Below are positions 40,237 to 56,483 of a DNA stretch of 64,000 bases, piece by piece. The stretch covers positions 30,628,001 to 30,692,000 of the forward strand of contig OZ024761.1 of the NCBI GenBank assembly GCA_964016885.1, given 5' to 3'. Source of the DNA: Eledone cirrhosa. Its lineage: Eukaryota. The number at the start of each line of letters is the position of its first letter. Position 1 is the first letter of the stretch. A program made the translations under genes and the position numbers. The notes under the pieces are model-generated. The model was not told the DNA's origin. It made no database searches and saw only the letters and a program-made list of their open reading frames with translations.

Positions 40237-40469
40237 ATAGAGACCAATCTCTTAAATTAAAAATGTTTTAAACTTAAGATAAAGTAGACGATCGAAACCC
40301 TATCTCCAAATCTATACACACTCAATTGATGCATAGATACACCACAACTACCCACATGACCACCTACAGACCAACAAATATGGAGTGAAAATAAACACAT
40401 TTAAAGCTATTTTATTGTTAGACTAAAAATAAGTTTATATATGTAAATATTCAAAAGAAAATCACTTAA

Positions 40470-40540
40470 GTCTTTATAGTCTAGTGGTAAGACATAGGAC
40501 TGGGGAATGCCGTGTTTGGATTTCGAATCAACTTAAAACA
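40470..40540 (+). pseudogene. tRNA-like sequence, unit 7
   Basis: Copy of 2887-2957. Confidence 0.62.
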
Positions 40541-42073
40541 TTTTTTTTATCCTCACACTGTAACCAATTTGCTTGATTTGAACACGTAGTCATACCATTT
40601 AAAGCTTTATTTTTCTCTTTCTAGTCGTAACACAGTCAGCATATAAATAAACGTGATTCACTTCAACACGTTGCCATACCATTTAAAACTTTATTTGGAG
40701 ATGAGACAAAGACACATAAATACACTAAGTAGTAAACCCTTGATTTAACTTACTATGAAGAATGTCTGTTAATATCAAAGTGACGTTAAATTTAGGGGTC
40801 ACTTTCATTGTTTTTAATTTACAGAAACTCCTTAATATAATACAATGTATATATTAGAAGGAATATTTTTTATTTTCTTGTTCCGTCAAACCTTGCGTTT
40901 ATTCTACACACACACACGTCGAAACACTTGCTTGAGCTGGCTTTCTTAGACATAATGAGAAGTGTTGGCTTTGTGGAGATTGATACAACTTTGGGTGATG
41001 TTACGAGGAGAGGCAAGGCTATGGAGAGTGTCTTAGTGGAAGAGATGATATCAGAGCAGTAACCTCCAAAGAGATGAAATTAGTGACTGAGATGCTATCA
41101 TTGCATAGTTCAGAATATATATAACAAACATATACTATAAATTTAACAAGTCAAACTACAGTTATACTCTAACACGGAAGACAAATAAAACTTTACCTCT
41201 ATCATGCACGTCGTATCCAGTGTGTTGTTATAAGAAAACCGGTGAAACACTAAATATGCCACCAGTGTAGCGATTTTATACTCTCTCTGCTTCATCGTAC
41301 CACCCAGTAACATGAAACTGTGTTCAAATCCCTGGGAGGTAGAATTACGTCGCTTTAAATAAACACACTGGGGTCAGTTTGAATATTGATTTCATGTGAA
41401 AAATATATACATATTATGATTGTACTCCGAACTATCAATATTGAAACAATTCTAATGCGCCAATAAAATTTATATATCTATACAGCAACAGTGTTTTCGA
41501 TCTTTCTTACTTTTTTATTCACATTCTACAGTCACTTTAACTCTGTAATAAAACCCAACACGAGACGAACGTTAACTGCAAGTTACCCACGAAATTAACG
41601 CAAACACAAATGAATATATATATATATATACTACTAAAATGTATTTAAAATTAAAAAATAAATACTTAAATTCAATGTATAATTACACGTACAATATGTT
41701 TTGTTGTAAAACCCTAAATAATGATTTAAGAAATGATGTCAATCTCTTTGTACAGAGATAAACATTAATTTATGTATATGCATTGTGTGTGCGTATATAC
41801 TCCATTTAAGACAGCGAAAAAGCCAGTACCTCCTTCGAAGAATGCCAAATAGTTTATGCCTCAGGGATACCGGTGTAACACTAATTAAGTTACCGGTGGA
41901 GATATTTCAGTTGAACCCTGCTTCAACAAACTACCCGGTAATTTGAAATCGAGTTCAGAGTGAGGGGTGTAAAACAGAATTCTGTTTGGAAAATAGTAAA
42001 TTCTAAACCTGCTAGAAATAATAGCCAAATGTCGTACTTTGGGTACGAGGTGCGACTCGTCTTACCTCTTCTA

Positions 42074-42113
<40 letters not shown>

Positions 42114-42347
42114 AGATTCACGGGTCGCGGCGGAGAGAAACCACAATAAATACAATGTACTCAATAGATTGGCATAGTATATATATATATGTGTGTACAT
42201 ATAAATATGTGTGTGTGTGTATGTATATATATATATGTATAAATGTATATATACATATAAATACTTATATATATATATACATAAACATATGTATACATAC
42301 ACACATATATAAATAAATATGTGTGTATATATATATATATCTGTGTG

Positions 42348-42389
<42 letters not shown>

Positions 42390-42432
42390 TTACTTAGGTT
42401 CTAAGGAATATTCCGCGAATGTCGGGGTTTAC

Positions 42433-42472
<40 letters not shown>

Positions 42473-42865
42473 CATATTTATTACTTTCACTGTTATTTCT
42501 AGCATAAAAAAGAAAAACCGGAAGGGGAGAAAATTGAAAAACTTCTTCTTTTTCCCTCCTCTAACTTTTTAAACAAAAGGAAATTTTATGTAAACAAAAA
42601 CGAAATTTTTGCCAAGAAAGATAACTCTTCTCTGACTTAAATCCAAAATTGGGATACAAAAAAAATTCCGCAATTTTTTGTATCCCAATTTTGGATTTAA
42701 GTCAGAGAAGAGTTATCTTTCTTGGCAAAAATTTCGTTTTTGTTTACATAAAATTCTCTTTTGTTTGAAAAGTTAGAGGAGGGAAAAAGAAGAAGTTTTT
42801 CAATTTTCTCCACTTCCCGTTTTTTCTAGTGTATACTAGAAATAGCAGTCAAAGCAATATATATG
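42473..42865. repeat. 393-bp palindrome, unit 7
   Basis: Copy of 4891-5283. Confidence 0.96.
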
Positions 42866-43299
42866 CCTTTTGTGACAATATATATTGTTTTAACGCTAGA
42901 TTATTAACAACAATATATTGTATTTGTTGGCCTATTGGACGCAGAAGACGCTCACTCGATTTTTATTATATTTTACGTTGTATTTTGAGGTTTATAGACA
43001 TTTCTATGGACCACCTACAATATTCGCGGTTTTTCACTATTCTCGGGTTCTCTAGGACTGTAAACCCCACGAATGCCGGGGGGTAAATGTATATGAATAT
43101 ATCGACTGATAATATACAGTATAATTGTACGAGTATGCATATACATAGCAATATATATACATATTTACACATATATGTACATATCTATATATAGACGCAC
43201 ATGTATATATATATATATAGACACACATGTATATATATATATATATGCATGTATGTATATATGTATACACATATATATATATATGAATGTCTGTATATA

Positions 43300-43341
<42 letters not shown>

Positions 43342-43970
43342 GACATGTGTGTGTGTGTGTGTACATTCTTAGGTATATACATATATATTTATACACACAT
43401 ACATACAAATATATATATTTCTATGAGTCACAGTTTATTACACATTGGAGACAGAGTGAGAGATTTAGCTTTCATTTTTAGCAGATTTAGAAACTTTGCA
43501 AACGCTTTATTTTTTCTTATTGCCGGTACTCTGAACACGATTTGAAATGACTGGAGTGAGTTTATAAAAGGGTAAACTGAAATAGTTGCACCGGTAATAT
43601 ATTTAGTGTTACACCGGTATTTTCGAAACAGTCTCTTTCGCATTCGTCTGCAAGAGGTAACGTTTTCTATGCCGTCTCTGTTAGTGTAGAACTGTAGGTT
43701 GACTTGCCTGGTTTTTACAACTCTTTGTCAACATGCATATTATTATTATCTACTTTCAAACACACTTACATATATTATATTTATAAACATATAGGATTTT
43801 ACTAAGTTTTTATTCTTTCTAATGTGAAGAGATAGAAATAATAAGTTAAAACTAAAGTATAATGATATAACAACCGTATATAATAGTTTTCTCCCCTTTA
43901 TTGAGATGCAAACGTTTTAAAGAAAAAACATGACAGTATAAGAAATATTTAATATCATAACATATAATAT

Positions 43971-46499
43971 TTCAGGTAGGATGGTCGTTTCTCTTGTCTT
44001 CCACCTCTAGTTGTAGATTCTTCATGTCCTCTCTAGCCATAATTATGTCGTCGACATATGCATAAGTTTGATTTCTTCTTGAATGAATTGCAAATCTTGA
44101 GGTAGCCTTCTTGGTACATTTATTAGCTTTAATTCGTGTTTACACTGCTTGTAATAATTCGTACGTTTTTTACTTTAGATGAAACATATATATAAAAACG
44201 TCTGTGGCTGTAGTATACCTTTAAGTTTGATTTCAATAGAAAAATACTTACTGAACATGTGTAACACAATTATAACTGGATCTACTTAGTTCCTAGCCAC
44301 TAGAAAAAAATCTATTTGATAGAAGTTATTTCCTAGTTCTATGCACTGTCAATATCCCTTCTACTTTTTATATGCTTGTGTTTGTTAAAGAAACATTCTC
44401 TGATTTAGGAACCACGATCTTCTCGCACCACCGTTGTAGTAATTCTTGTTAAATGTTTTGTCTGGTCTATTGTCAATAAGTGGCCTTGTTTTCTGATTAT
44501 GAATAAAGTTAAGTGGTCTACTGAATTGTCTTAATTATTGCTAATTTATAAGTTTGTTTAACTGCCGATAACTTTTAAATCTATTTCTTAGGTTGCTTAG
44601 GCCTACAAATCTTATATCAGTGTCCCTTCTTTTGACACTTTCTACGAGTGAATCCTTAAATTGACATTTTATTTTGGGTTGTACTGCCTTATCCCACCTA
44701 TAACAGCTAGAAGCAAATATAGTAAAAACAGGTCCTTGACTGTGGAGACTAATATGAGTTATGTTGAATATAATTGTTGAGGTTTATTCAATCTAAGAGA
44801 AGAAAAAATAAGTAAAGTGCAAAATTAACGTTTAAAGACAAGAAAAGTATTTCTCTTTCTCTCTGGCAAAATAAATCTGCTGTTTTTAGACCTAGAGGAG
44901 GGGAGGATTGACTCGGTCAGGTTTAAATGCCCACATGACGGTAATTACGGCACCCCTACAACAACAGTTAAGTGTCTATAACCACCACGCATTTATGAGA
45001 CTAAAAACCTTGCTAGTGTATTTTTATTTTGGTACAAAAGTTTTTAAATAATTTCATAAGTTTTAAATTCAAGTAAGTCCAATATAACGTATTTAAACGA
45101 ATCTATAGATAGGATTTCAATATCTTCCAGAGCTTATGAAATAGTAAAACAATTTTTTTTCTTTTCAATTATATCAAATACCATAAGTTGTTGTTTATGA
45201 AAGAAATGCTAAAATAGATTTAGTTAGTATGACTCTGAAATGTGTTCATAAACGGTAATGTTATGTTTTCCTTAGAGCCTGTCTGTCTTACAGTATGTTT
45301 ACACACAATACATACATGCATAGACATAAATTAATTGTTTATTATCTATATTCATCTGTTTACACTCCTCGTAATAATTCGAGCGGTTTTGTTTTTGTTT
45401 TTTCTTCAAGAGATACGTAGATAGAAAAACGTTTGTGGCTTTAGTATTGCTTATTTTAAAGTTTTGTTTAATTGCCGATAAATTTGAAATATATTTGTTA
45501 GGTTTCTTAGAACTACAAATCTTTCTTATGACACTTACTACGGAATAAATTCTTAGCTGGATACTTTACTTTGTGATTACTTTCCTCCCAAAGCCATGAC
45601 AGCTTGAATCAGATGTAGCAAAAACTTGGGAAGACTGACATGAGTTATGTTGAATATAAGTGTAGACGTAAAATATTTTTGTTTATTCAATCTAAAGGGA
45701 AGGAAAAAGAATTATAAGTCAAATGCAAAATTAACGTTTAAAGGCATAAGAAAGGTATCTCGCTTTCTCTCCTGTAAAACAAATAGGCTGTTTTTAGACC
45801 AGGAGGATGGGAGGATTGACTCAGTCAGATTTAAATGCACACATGACGGTAAATACGACAGTCCTACAACAGTTAAGTGTCTATAACAACCATGCATTTA
45901 AGAGACTGAAAACCTTACTAATGTGTTTTTATTTTGGTATTTAAAAACAAATTATATATTTAATTTCATGTAAGTCAAATACAATGTATTTAAATGAATC
46001 TACAGATGGAGTTGCAATATCTGCCAGGACTTTGGAAATAGGGAAATATATAATTTTTTAAATTAAAACTACTTTTCAAAGGAATAATAAAGATATATAT
46101 ATACACACACACACACACACATCTCTAGTGGAGATATTTCTGAGATTGGAAACCCTATCGATGTATGTATTTTGTCACTGAAAAGTTATCAAAAAATTAT
46201 TATTATATATACATGTTTGTGTTTTTGACGTAAGTAAAACGAATCTATATACGAGGTTTTCGATACCTGCCAGAGCTTATGAAATAGTAAAAGAATATTT
46301 TTATTTTTCAATTATGTCAAACATCGTATGTGGTTCTTTATTAAAGAAATGCTAAAATAGATTTAAATATATGAAATTTGCACAGTAGAATTACGGCCGC
46401 TTGGCTGGCGTCTGGTAAAGTGGTGGTAGTGTAGGTTCGAGCGGAGGGGAAACTAAAAAGGTGGCTTCGAGATGATCGTGGCCCCGGGTAGCCCAGAAG
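43971..46499 (-). mobile_element. Gypsy relics A+B+C, unit 8
   Basis: Copy of 113-2645. Confidence 0.8.
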
Positions 46500-46732
46500 A
46501 TAGAGACCAATCTCTTAAATTAAAAATGTTTTAAACTTAAGATAAAGTAGACGATCGAAACCCTATCTCCAAATCTATACACACTCAATTGATGCATAGA
46601 TACACCACAACTACCCACATGACCACCTACAGACCAACAAATATGGAGTGAAAATAAACACATTTAAAGCTATTTTATTGTTAGACTAAAAATAAGTTTA
46701 TATATGTAAATATTCAAAAGAAAATCACTTAA

Positions 46733-46803
46733 GTCTTTATAGTCTAGTGGTAAGACATAGGACTGGGGAATGCCGTGTTTGGATTTCGAATCAACTTAAA
46801 ACA
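46733..46803 (+). pseudogene. tRNA-like sequence, unit 8
   Basis: Copy of 2887-2957. Confidence 0.62.
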
Positions 46804-48340
46804 TTTTTTTTATCCTCACACTGTAAGGAATTTGCTTGATTTGAACACGTAGTCATACCATTTAAAGCTTTATTTTTCTCTTTCTCGTCGTAACACAGTC
46901 AGCATATAAATAAACGTGATTCACTTCAACACGTTGCCATACCATTTAAAACTTTATTTGGAGATGAGACAAAGACACATAAATACACTAAGTAGTAAAC
47001 CCTTGATTTAACTTACTATGAAGATGAAGAATGTCTGTTAATATCAAAGTGACGTTAAATTTAGGGGTCACTTTCATTGTTTTTAATTTACAGAAACTCC
47101 TTAATATAATACAATGTATATATTAGAAGGAATATTTTTTATTTTCTTGTTCCGTCAAACCTTGCGTTTATTCTACACACACACACGTCGAAACACTTGC
47201 TTGAGCTGGCTTTCTTAGACATAATGAGAAGTGTTGGCTTTGTGGAGATTGATACAACTTTGGGTGATGTTACGAGGAGAGGCAAGGCTATGGAGAGTGT
47301 CTTAGTGGAAGAGATGATATCAGAGCAGTAACCTCCAAAGAGATGAAATTAGTGACTGAGATGCTATCATTGCATAGTTCAGAATATATATAACAAACAT
47401 ATACTATAAATTTAACAAGTCAAACTACAGTTATACTCTAACACGGAAGACAAATAAAACTTTACCTCTATCATGCACGTCGTATCCAGTGTGTTGTTAT
47501 AAGAAAACCGGTGAAACACTAAATATGCCACCAGTGTAGCGATTTTATACTCTCTCTGCTTCATCGTACCACCCAGTAACATGAAACTGTGTTCAAATCC
47601 CTGGGAGGTAGAATTACGTCGCTTTAAATAAACACACTGGGGTCAGTTTGAATATTGATTTCATGTGAAAAATATATACATATTATGATTGTACTCCGAA
47701 CTATCAATATTGAAACAATTCTAATGCGCCAATAAAATTTATATATCTATACAGCAACAGTGTTTTCGATCTTTCTTACTTTTTTATTCACATTCTACAG
47801 TCACTTTAACTCTGTAATAAAACCCAACACGAGACGAACGTTAACTGCAAGTTACCCACGAAATTAACGCAAACACAAATGAATATATATATATATACTA
47901 CTAAAATGTATTTAAAATTAAAAAATAAATACTTAAATTCAATGTATAATTACACGTACAATATGTTTTGTTGTAAAACCCTAAATAATGATTTAAGAAA
48001 TGATGTCAATCTCTTTGTACAGAGATAAACATTAATTTATGTATATGCATTGTGTGTGCGTATATACTCCATTTAAGACAGCGAAAAAGCCAGTACCTCC
48101 TTCGAAGAATGCCAAATAGTTTATGCCTCAGGGATACCGGTGTAACACTAATTAAGTTACCGGTGTAGATATTTCAGTTGAACCCTGCTTCAACAAACTA
48201 CCCGGTAATTTGAAATCGAGTTCAGAGTGAGGGGTGTAAAACAGAATTCTGTTTGGAAAATAGTAAATTCTAAACCTGCTAGAAATAATAGCCAAATGTC
48301 GTACTTTGGGTACGAGGTGCGACTCGTCTTACCTCTTCTA

Positions 48341-48372
<32 letters not shown>

Positions 48373-48675
48373 AGATTCACGGGTCGCGGCGGAGAGAAAC
48401 CACAATAAATACAATGTACTCAATAGATTGGCATAGTATATATATATATGTGTGTACATATAAATATGTGTGTGTGTGTATGTATATATATATATGTATA
48501 AATGTATATATACATATAAATACTTATATATATATATACATAAACATATGTATACATACACACATATATAAATAAATATGTGTGTATATATATATATATC
48601 TGTGTGTCTATTTATATATATATATATAATTATTACTTAGGTTCTAAGGAATATTCCGCGAATGTCGGGGTTTAC

Positions 48676-48724
<49 letters not shown>

Positions 48725-48727
48725 ATA

Positions 48728-49120
48728 CATATTTATTACTTTCACTGTTATTTCTAGCATAAAAAAGAAAAACCGGAAGGAGAGAAAATTGAAAAACTTC
48801 TTCTTTTTCCCTCCTCTAACTTTTCAAACAAAAGGAAATTTGATGTAAACAAAAACGAAATTTTTGCCAAGAAAGATAACTCTTCTCTGACTTAAATCCA
48901 AAATTGGGATACAAAAAAAATTCCGCAATTTTTTGTATCCCAATTTTGGATTTAAGTCAGAGAAGAGTTATCTTTCTTGGCAAAAATTTCGTTTTTGTTT
49001 ACATAAAATTCTCTTTTGTTTGAAAAGTTAGAGGAGGGAAAAAGAAGAAGTTTTTCAATTTTCTCCACTTCCCGTTTTTTCTAGTGTATACTAGAAATAG
49101 CAGTCAAAGCAATATATATG
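48728..49120. repeat. 393-bp palindrome, unit 8
   Basis: Copy of 4891-5283. Confidence 0.96.
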
Positions 49121-49561
49121 CCTTTTGTGACAATATATATTGTTTTAACGCTAGATTATTAACAACAATATATTGTATTTGTTGGCCTATTGGACGCAGA
49201 AGACGCTCACTCGATTTTTATTATATTTTACGTTGTATTTTGAGGTTTATAGACATTTCTATGGACCACCTACAATATTCGCGGTTTTTCACTATTCTCG
49301 GGTTCTCTAGGACTGTAAACCCCACGAATGCCGGGGGGGGGGGGGTAAATGTATATGAATATATCGACTGATAATATACAGTATAATTGTACGAGTATGC
49401 ATATACATAGCAATATATATACATATTTACACATATATGTACATATATATATATAGACACACATGTATATATATATATATAGACACACATGTATATATAT
49501 ATATATATGCATGTATGTATATATGTATACACATATATATATATATGAATGTCTGTATATA

Positions 49562-49597
<36 letters not shown>

Positions 49598-50224
49598 GAC
49601 ATGTGTGTGTGTGTGTACATTCTTAGGTATATACATATATATTTATACACACATACATACAAATATATATATTTCTATGAGTCACAGTTTATTACACATT
49701 GGAGACAGAGTGAGAGATTTAGCTTTCATTTTTAGCAGATTTAGAAACTTTGCAAACGCTTTATTTTTTCTTATTGCCGGTACTCTGAACACGATTTGAA
49801 ATGACTGGAGTGAGTTTATAAAAGGGTAAACTGAAATAGTTGCACCGGTAATATATTTAGTGTTACACCGGTATTTTCGAAACAGTCTCTTTCGCATTCG
49901 TCTGCAAGAGGTAACGTTTTCTATGCCGTCTCTGTTAGTGTAGAACTGTAGGTTGACTTGCCTGGTTTTTACAACTCTTTGTCAACATGCATATTATTAT
50001 TATATACTTTCAAACACACTTACATATATTATATTTATAAACATATAGGATTTTACTAAGTTTTTATTCTTTCTAATGTGAAGAGATAGAAATAATAAGT
50101 TAAAACTAAAGTATAATGATATAACAACCGTATATAATAGTTTTCTCCCTTTTATTGAGATGCAAACGTTTTAAAGAAAAAACATGACAGTATAAGAAAT
50201 ATTTAATATCATAACATATAATAT

Positions 50225-52742
50225 TTCAGGTAGGATGGTCGTTTCTCTTGTCTTCCACCTCTAGTTGTAGATTCTTCATGTCCTCTCTAGCCATAATTAT
50301 GTCGTCGACATATGCATAAGTTTGATTTCTTCTTGAATGAATTGCAAATCTTGAGGTAGCCTTCTTGGTACATTTATTAGCTTTAATTCGTGTTTACACT
50401 GCTTGTAATAATTCGTACGTTTTTTACTTTAGATGAAACATATATATAAAAACGTCTGTGGCTTTAGTATACCTTTAAGTTTGATTTCAATAGAAAAATA
50501 TTTACTGAACATGTGTAACACAATTATAACTGGAGCTACTAAGTTCCTAGCCACTAGAAAATCTATTTGATAGAAGTTATTTCCTAGTTCTATGCACTGT
50601 CAATATCCCTTCTACTTTTTATATGCTTGTGTTTGTTAAAGAAACATTCTCTGATTTAGGAACCACGATCTTCTCGCACCACCGTTGTAGTAATTCTTGT
50701 TAAATGTTTTGTCTGGTCTATTGTCAATAAGTGGCCTTGTTTTCTGATTATGAATAAAGTTAAGTGGTCTACTGAATTGTCTTAATTATTGCTAATTTAT
50801 AAGTTTGTTTAACTGCCGATAACTTTTAAATCTATTTCTTAGGTTGCTTAGGCCTACAAATCTTATATCAGTGTCCCTTCTTTTGGCACTTTCTACGAGT
50901 GAATCCTTAAATTGACATTTTATTTTGGGTTGTACTGCCTTATCCCACCTATAACAGCTAGAAGCAAATGTAGTAAAAACAGGTCCTTGACTGTGGAGAC
51001 TAATATGAGTTATGTTGAATATAATTGTTGAGGTTTATTCAATCTAAGAGAAGAAAAAATAAGTAAAGTGCAAAATTAACGTTTAAAGACAAGAAAAGTA
51101 TTTCTCTTTCTCTCTGGCAAAATAAATCTGCTGTTTTTAGACCTAGAGGAGGGGAGGATTGACTCGGTCAGGTTTAAATGCCCACATGACGGTAATTACG
51201 GCACCCCTACAACAACAGTTAAGTGTCTATAACCACCACGCATTTATGAGACTAAAAACCTTGCTAGTGTATTTTTATTTTGGTACAAAAGTTTTTAAAT
51301 AATTTCATAAGTTTTAAATTCAAGTAAGTCCAATATAACGTATTTAAACGAATCTATAGATAGGATTTCAATATCTTCCAGAGCTTATGAAATAGTAAAA
51401 CAATTTCTTTTCTTTTCAATTATATCAAATACCATAAGTTGTTGTTTATGAAAGAAATGCTAAAATAGATTTAGTTAGTATGACTCTGAAATGTGTTCAT
51501 AAACGGTAATGTTATGTTTTCCTTAGAGCCTGTCTGTCTTACAGTATGTTTACACACAATACATACATGCATATACATAAATTAATTGTTTATTAGCTAT
51601 ATTCATCTGTTTACACACCTCGTAATAATTCGAGCGGTTTTGTTTTTGTTTTTTCTTCAGGAGAGACGTAGATAGAAAAACGTTTGTGGCTTTAGTATTG
51701 CTTATTTTTAAGTTTTGTTTAATTGCCGATAAATTTGAAATATATTTGTTAGGTTTCTTAGAACTACAAATCTTTCTTATGACACTTACTACGGAATACA
51801 TTCTTAGCTGGATACTTTACTTTGTGATTACTTTCCCCCCAAAGCCATGACAGCTTGAATCAGATGTAGCAAAAACTTGTGAAGACTGACATGAGTTATG
51901 TTGAATATAAGTGTAGACGTAAAATATTTTTGTTTATTCAATCTAAAGGGAAGGAAAAAGAATTATAAGTCAAGTGCAAAATTAACGTTTAAAGGCATAA
52001 GAAAGGTATCTCGCTTTCTCTCCTGTAAAACAAATAGGCTGTTTTTAGACCAGGAGGATGGGAGGATTGACTCAGTCAGATTTAAATGCACACATGACGG
52101 TAAATACGACAGTCCTACAACAGTTAAGTGTCTATAACAACCATGCATTTAAGAGACTGAAAACCTTACTAATGTGTTTTTATTTTGGTATTTAAAAACA
52201 AATTATATATTTAATTTCATGTAAGTCAAATACAATGTATTTAAATGAATCTACAAATGGAGTTGCAATATCTGCCAGGACTTTGGAAATAGGGAAATAT
52301 ATAATTTTTTAAATTAAAACTACTTTTCAAAGGAATAATAAAGATATATATATACACACACACATCTCTAGTGGAGATATTTCTGAGATTGGAAACCCTA
52401 TCGATGTATGTATTTTGTCACTGAAAAGTTATCAAAAAATTATTATTATATATACATGTTTGTGTTTTTGACGTAAGTAAAACGAATCTATATACGAGGT
52501 TTTCGATACCTGCCAGAGCTTATGAAATAGTAAAAGAATATTTTTATTTTTCAATTATGTCAAACATCGTATGTGGTTCTTTATTAAAGAAATGCTAAAA
52601 TAGATTTAAATATATGAAATTTGCACAGTAGAATTACGGCCGCTTGGCTGGCGTCTGGTAAAGTGGTGGTAGTGTAGGTTCGAGCGGAGGGGAAACTAAA
52701 AAGGTGGCTTCGAGATGATCGTGGCCCCGGGTAGCCCAGAAG
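50225..52742 (-). mobile_element. Gypsy relics A+B+C, unit 9
   Basis: Copy of 113-2645. Confidence 0.8.
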
Positions 52743-52984
52743 ATAGAGACCAATCTCTTAAATTAAAAAAATAAAAATGTTTTAAACTTAAGATAAAGTA
52801 GACGATCGAAACCCTATCTCCAAATCTATACACACTCAATTGATGCATAGATACACCACAACTACCCACATGACCACCTACAGACCAACAAATATGGAGT
52901 GAAAATAAACACATTTAAAGCTATTTTATTGTTAGACTAAAAATAAGTTTATATATGTAAATTCTTCAAAAGAAAATCACTTAA

Positions 52985-53055
52985 GTCTTTATAGTCTAGT
53001 GGTAAGACATAGGACTGGGGAATGCCGTGTTTGGATTTCGAATCAACTTAAAACA
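52985..53055 (+). pseudogene. tRNA-like sequence, unit 9
   Basis: Copy of 2887-2957. Confidence 0.62.
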
Positions 53056-54592
53056 TTTTTTTTATCCTCACACTGTAAGGAATTTGCTTGATTTGAACAC
53101 GTAGTCATACCATTTAAAGCTTTATTTTTCTCTTTCTAGTCGTAACACAGTCAGCATATAAATAAACGTGATTCACTTCAACACGTTGCCATACCATTTA
53201 AAACTTTATTTGGAGATGAGACAAAGACACATAAATACACTAAGTAGTAAACCCTTGATTTAACTTACTATGAAGATGAAGAATGTCTGTTAATATCAAA
53301 GTGACGTTAAATTTAGGGGTCACTTTCATTGTTTTTAATTTACAGAAACTCCTTAATATAATACAATGTATATATTAGAAGGAATATTTTTTATTTTCTT
53401 GTTCCGTCAAACCTTGCGTTTATTCTACACACACACACGTCGAAACACTTGCTTGAGCTGGCTTTCTTAGACATAATGAGAAGTGTTGGCTTTGTGGAGA
53501 TTGATACAACTTTGGGTGATGTTACGAGGAGAGGCAAGGCTATGGAGAGTGTCTTAGTGGAAGAGATGATATCAGAGCAGTAACCTCCAAAGAGATGAAA
53601 TTAGTGACTGAGATGCTATCATTGCATAGTTCAGAATATATATAACAAACATATACTATAAATTTAACAAGTCAAACTACAGTTATACTCTAACACGGAA
53701 GACAAATAAAACTTTACCTCTATCATGCACGTCGTATCCAGTGTGTTGTTATAAGAAAACCGGTGAAACACTAAATATGCCACCAGTGTAGCGATTTTAT
53801 ACTCTCTCTGCTTCATCGTACCACCCAGTAACATGAAACTGTGTTCAAATCCCTGGGAGGTAGAATTACGTCGCTTTAAATAAACACACTGGGGTCAGTT
53901 TGAATATTGATTTCATGTGAAAAATATATACATATTATGATTGTACTCCGAACTATCAATATTGAAACAATTCTAATGCGCCAATAAAATTTATATATCT
54001 ATACAGCAACAGTGTTTTCGATCTTTCTTACTTTTTTATTCACATTCTACAGTCACTTTAACTCTGTAATAAAACCCAACACGAGACGAACGTTAACTGC
54101 AAGTTACCCACGAAATTAACGCAAACACAAATGAATATATATATATATACTACTAAAATGTATTTAAAATTAAAAAATAAATACTTAAATTCAATGTATA
54201 ATTACACGTACAATATGTTTTGTTGTAAAACCCTAAATAATGATTTAAGAAATGATGTCAATCTCTTTGTACAGAGATAAACATTAATTTATGTATATGC
54301 ATTGTGTGTGCGTATATACTCCATTTAAGACAGCGAAAAAGCCAGTACCTCCTTCGAAGAATGCCAAATAGTTTATGCCTCAGGGATACCGGTGTAACAC
54401 TAATTAAGTTACCGGTGTAGATATTTCAGTTGAACCCTGCTTCAACAAACTACCCGGTAATTTGAAATCGAGTTCAGAGTGAGGGGTGTAAAACAGAATT
54501 CTGTTTGGAAAATAGTAAATTCTAAACCTGCTAGAAATAATAGCCAAATGTCGTACTTTGGGTACGAGGTGCGACTCGTCTTACCTCTTCTA

Positions 54593-54630
<38 letters not shown>

Positions 54631-54933
54631 AGATTCACGGGTCGCGGCGGAGAGAAACCACAATAAATACAATGTACTCAATAGATTGGCATAGTATATA
54701 TATATATGTGTGTACATATAAATATGTGTGTGTGTGTATGTATATATATATATGTATAAATGTATATATACATATAAATACTTATATATATATATACATA
54801 AACATATGTATACATACACACATATATAAATAAATATGTGTGTATATATATATATATCTGTGTGTCTATTTATATATATATATATAATTATTACTTAGGT
54901 TCTAAGGAATATTCCGCGAATGTCGGGGTTTAC

Positions 54934-54984
<51 letters not shown>

Positions 54985-54987
54985 ATA

Positions 54988-55380
54988 CATATTTATTACT
55001 TTCACTGTTATTTCTAGCATAAAAAAGAAAAACCGGAAGGAGAGAAAATTGAAAAACTTCTTCTTTTTCCCTCCTCTAACTTTTCAAACAAAAGGAAATT
55101 TTATGTAAACAAAAACGAAATTTTTGCCAAGAAAGATAACTCTTCTCTGACTTAAATCCAAAATTGGGATACAAAAAAAATTCCGCAATTTTTTGTATCC
55201 CAATTTTGGATTTAAGTCAGAGAAGAGTTATCTTTCTTGGCAAAAATTTCGTTTTTGTTTACATAAAATTCTCTTTTGTTTGAAAAGTTAGAGGAGGGAA
55301 AAAGAAGAAGTTTTTCAATTTTCTCCACTTCCCGTTTTTTCTAGTGTATACTAGAAATAGCAGTCAAAGCAATATATATG
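54988..55380. repeat. 393-bp palindrome, unit 9
   Basis: Copy of 4891-5283. Confidence 0.96.
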
Positions 55381-55814
55381 CCTTTTGTGACAATATATAT
55401 TGTTTTAACGCTAGATTATTAACAACAATATATTGTATTTGTTGGCCTATTGGACGCAGAAGACGCTCACTCGATTTTTATTATATTTTACGTTGTATTT
55501 TGAGGTTTATAGACATTTCTATGGACCACCTACAATATTCGCGGTTTTTCACTATTCTCGGGTTCTCTAGGACTGTAAACCCCACGAATGCCGGGGGGTA
55601 AATGTATATGAATATATCGACTGATAATATACAGTATAATTGTACGAGTATGCATATACATAGCAATATATATACATATTTACACATATATGTACATATC
55701 TATATATAGACGCACATGTATATATATATATATAGACACACATGTATATATATATATATATGCATGTATGTATATATGTATACACATATATATATATATG
55801 AATGTCTGTATATA

Positions 55815-55854
<40 letters not shown>

Positions 55855-56483
55855 GACATGTGTGTGTGTGTGTGTACATTCTTAGGTATATACATATATA
55901 TTTATACACACATACATACAAATATATATATTTCTATGAGTCACAGTTTATTACACATTGGAGACAGAGTGAGAGATTTAGCTTTCATTTTTAGCAGATT
56001 TAGAAACTTTGCAAACGCTTTATTTTTTCTTATTGCCGGTACTCTGAACACGATTTGAAATGACTGGAGTGAGTTTATAAAAGGGTAAACTGAAATAGTT
56101 GCACCGGTAATATATTTAGTGTTACACCGGTATTTTCGAAACAGTCTCTTTCGCATTCGTCTGCAAGAGGTAACGTTTTCTATGCCGTCTCTGTTAGTGT
56201 AGAACTGTAGGTTGACTTGCCTGGTTTTTACAACTCTTTGTCAACATGCATATTATTATTATATACTTTCAAACACACTTACATATATTATATTTATAAA
56301 CATATAGGATTTTACTAAGTTTTTATTCTTTCTAATGTGAAGAGATAGAAATAATAAGTTAAAACTAAAGTATAATGATATAACAACCGTATATAATAGT
56401 TTTCTCCCCTTTATTGAGATGCAAACGTTTTAAAGAAAAAACATGACAGTATAAGAAATATTTAATATCATAACATATAATAT

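Larger units (their letters stand above)
37596..43858. repeat. Array unit 7 (6263 bp)
   Basis: Anchor-to-anchor distance. Confidence 0.97.
43859..50112. repeat. Array unit 8 (6254 bp)
   Basis: Anchor-to-anchor distance. Confidence 0.97.
50113..56371. repeat. Array unit 9 (6259 bp)
   Basis: Anchor-to-anchor distance. Confidence 0.97.
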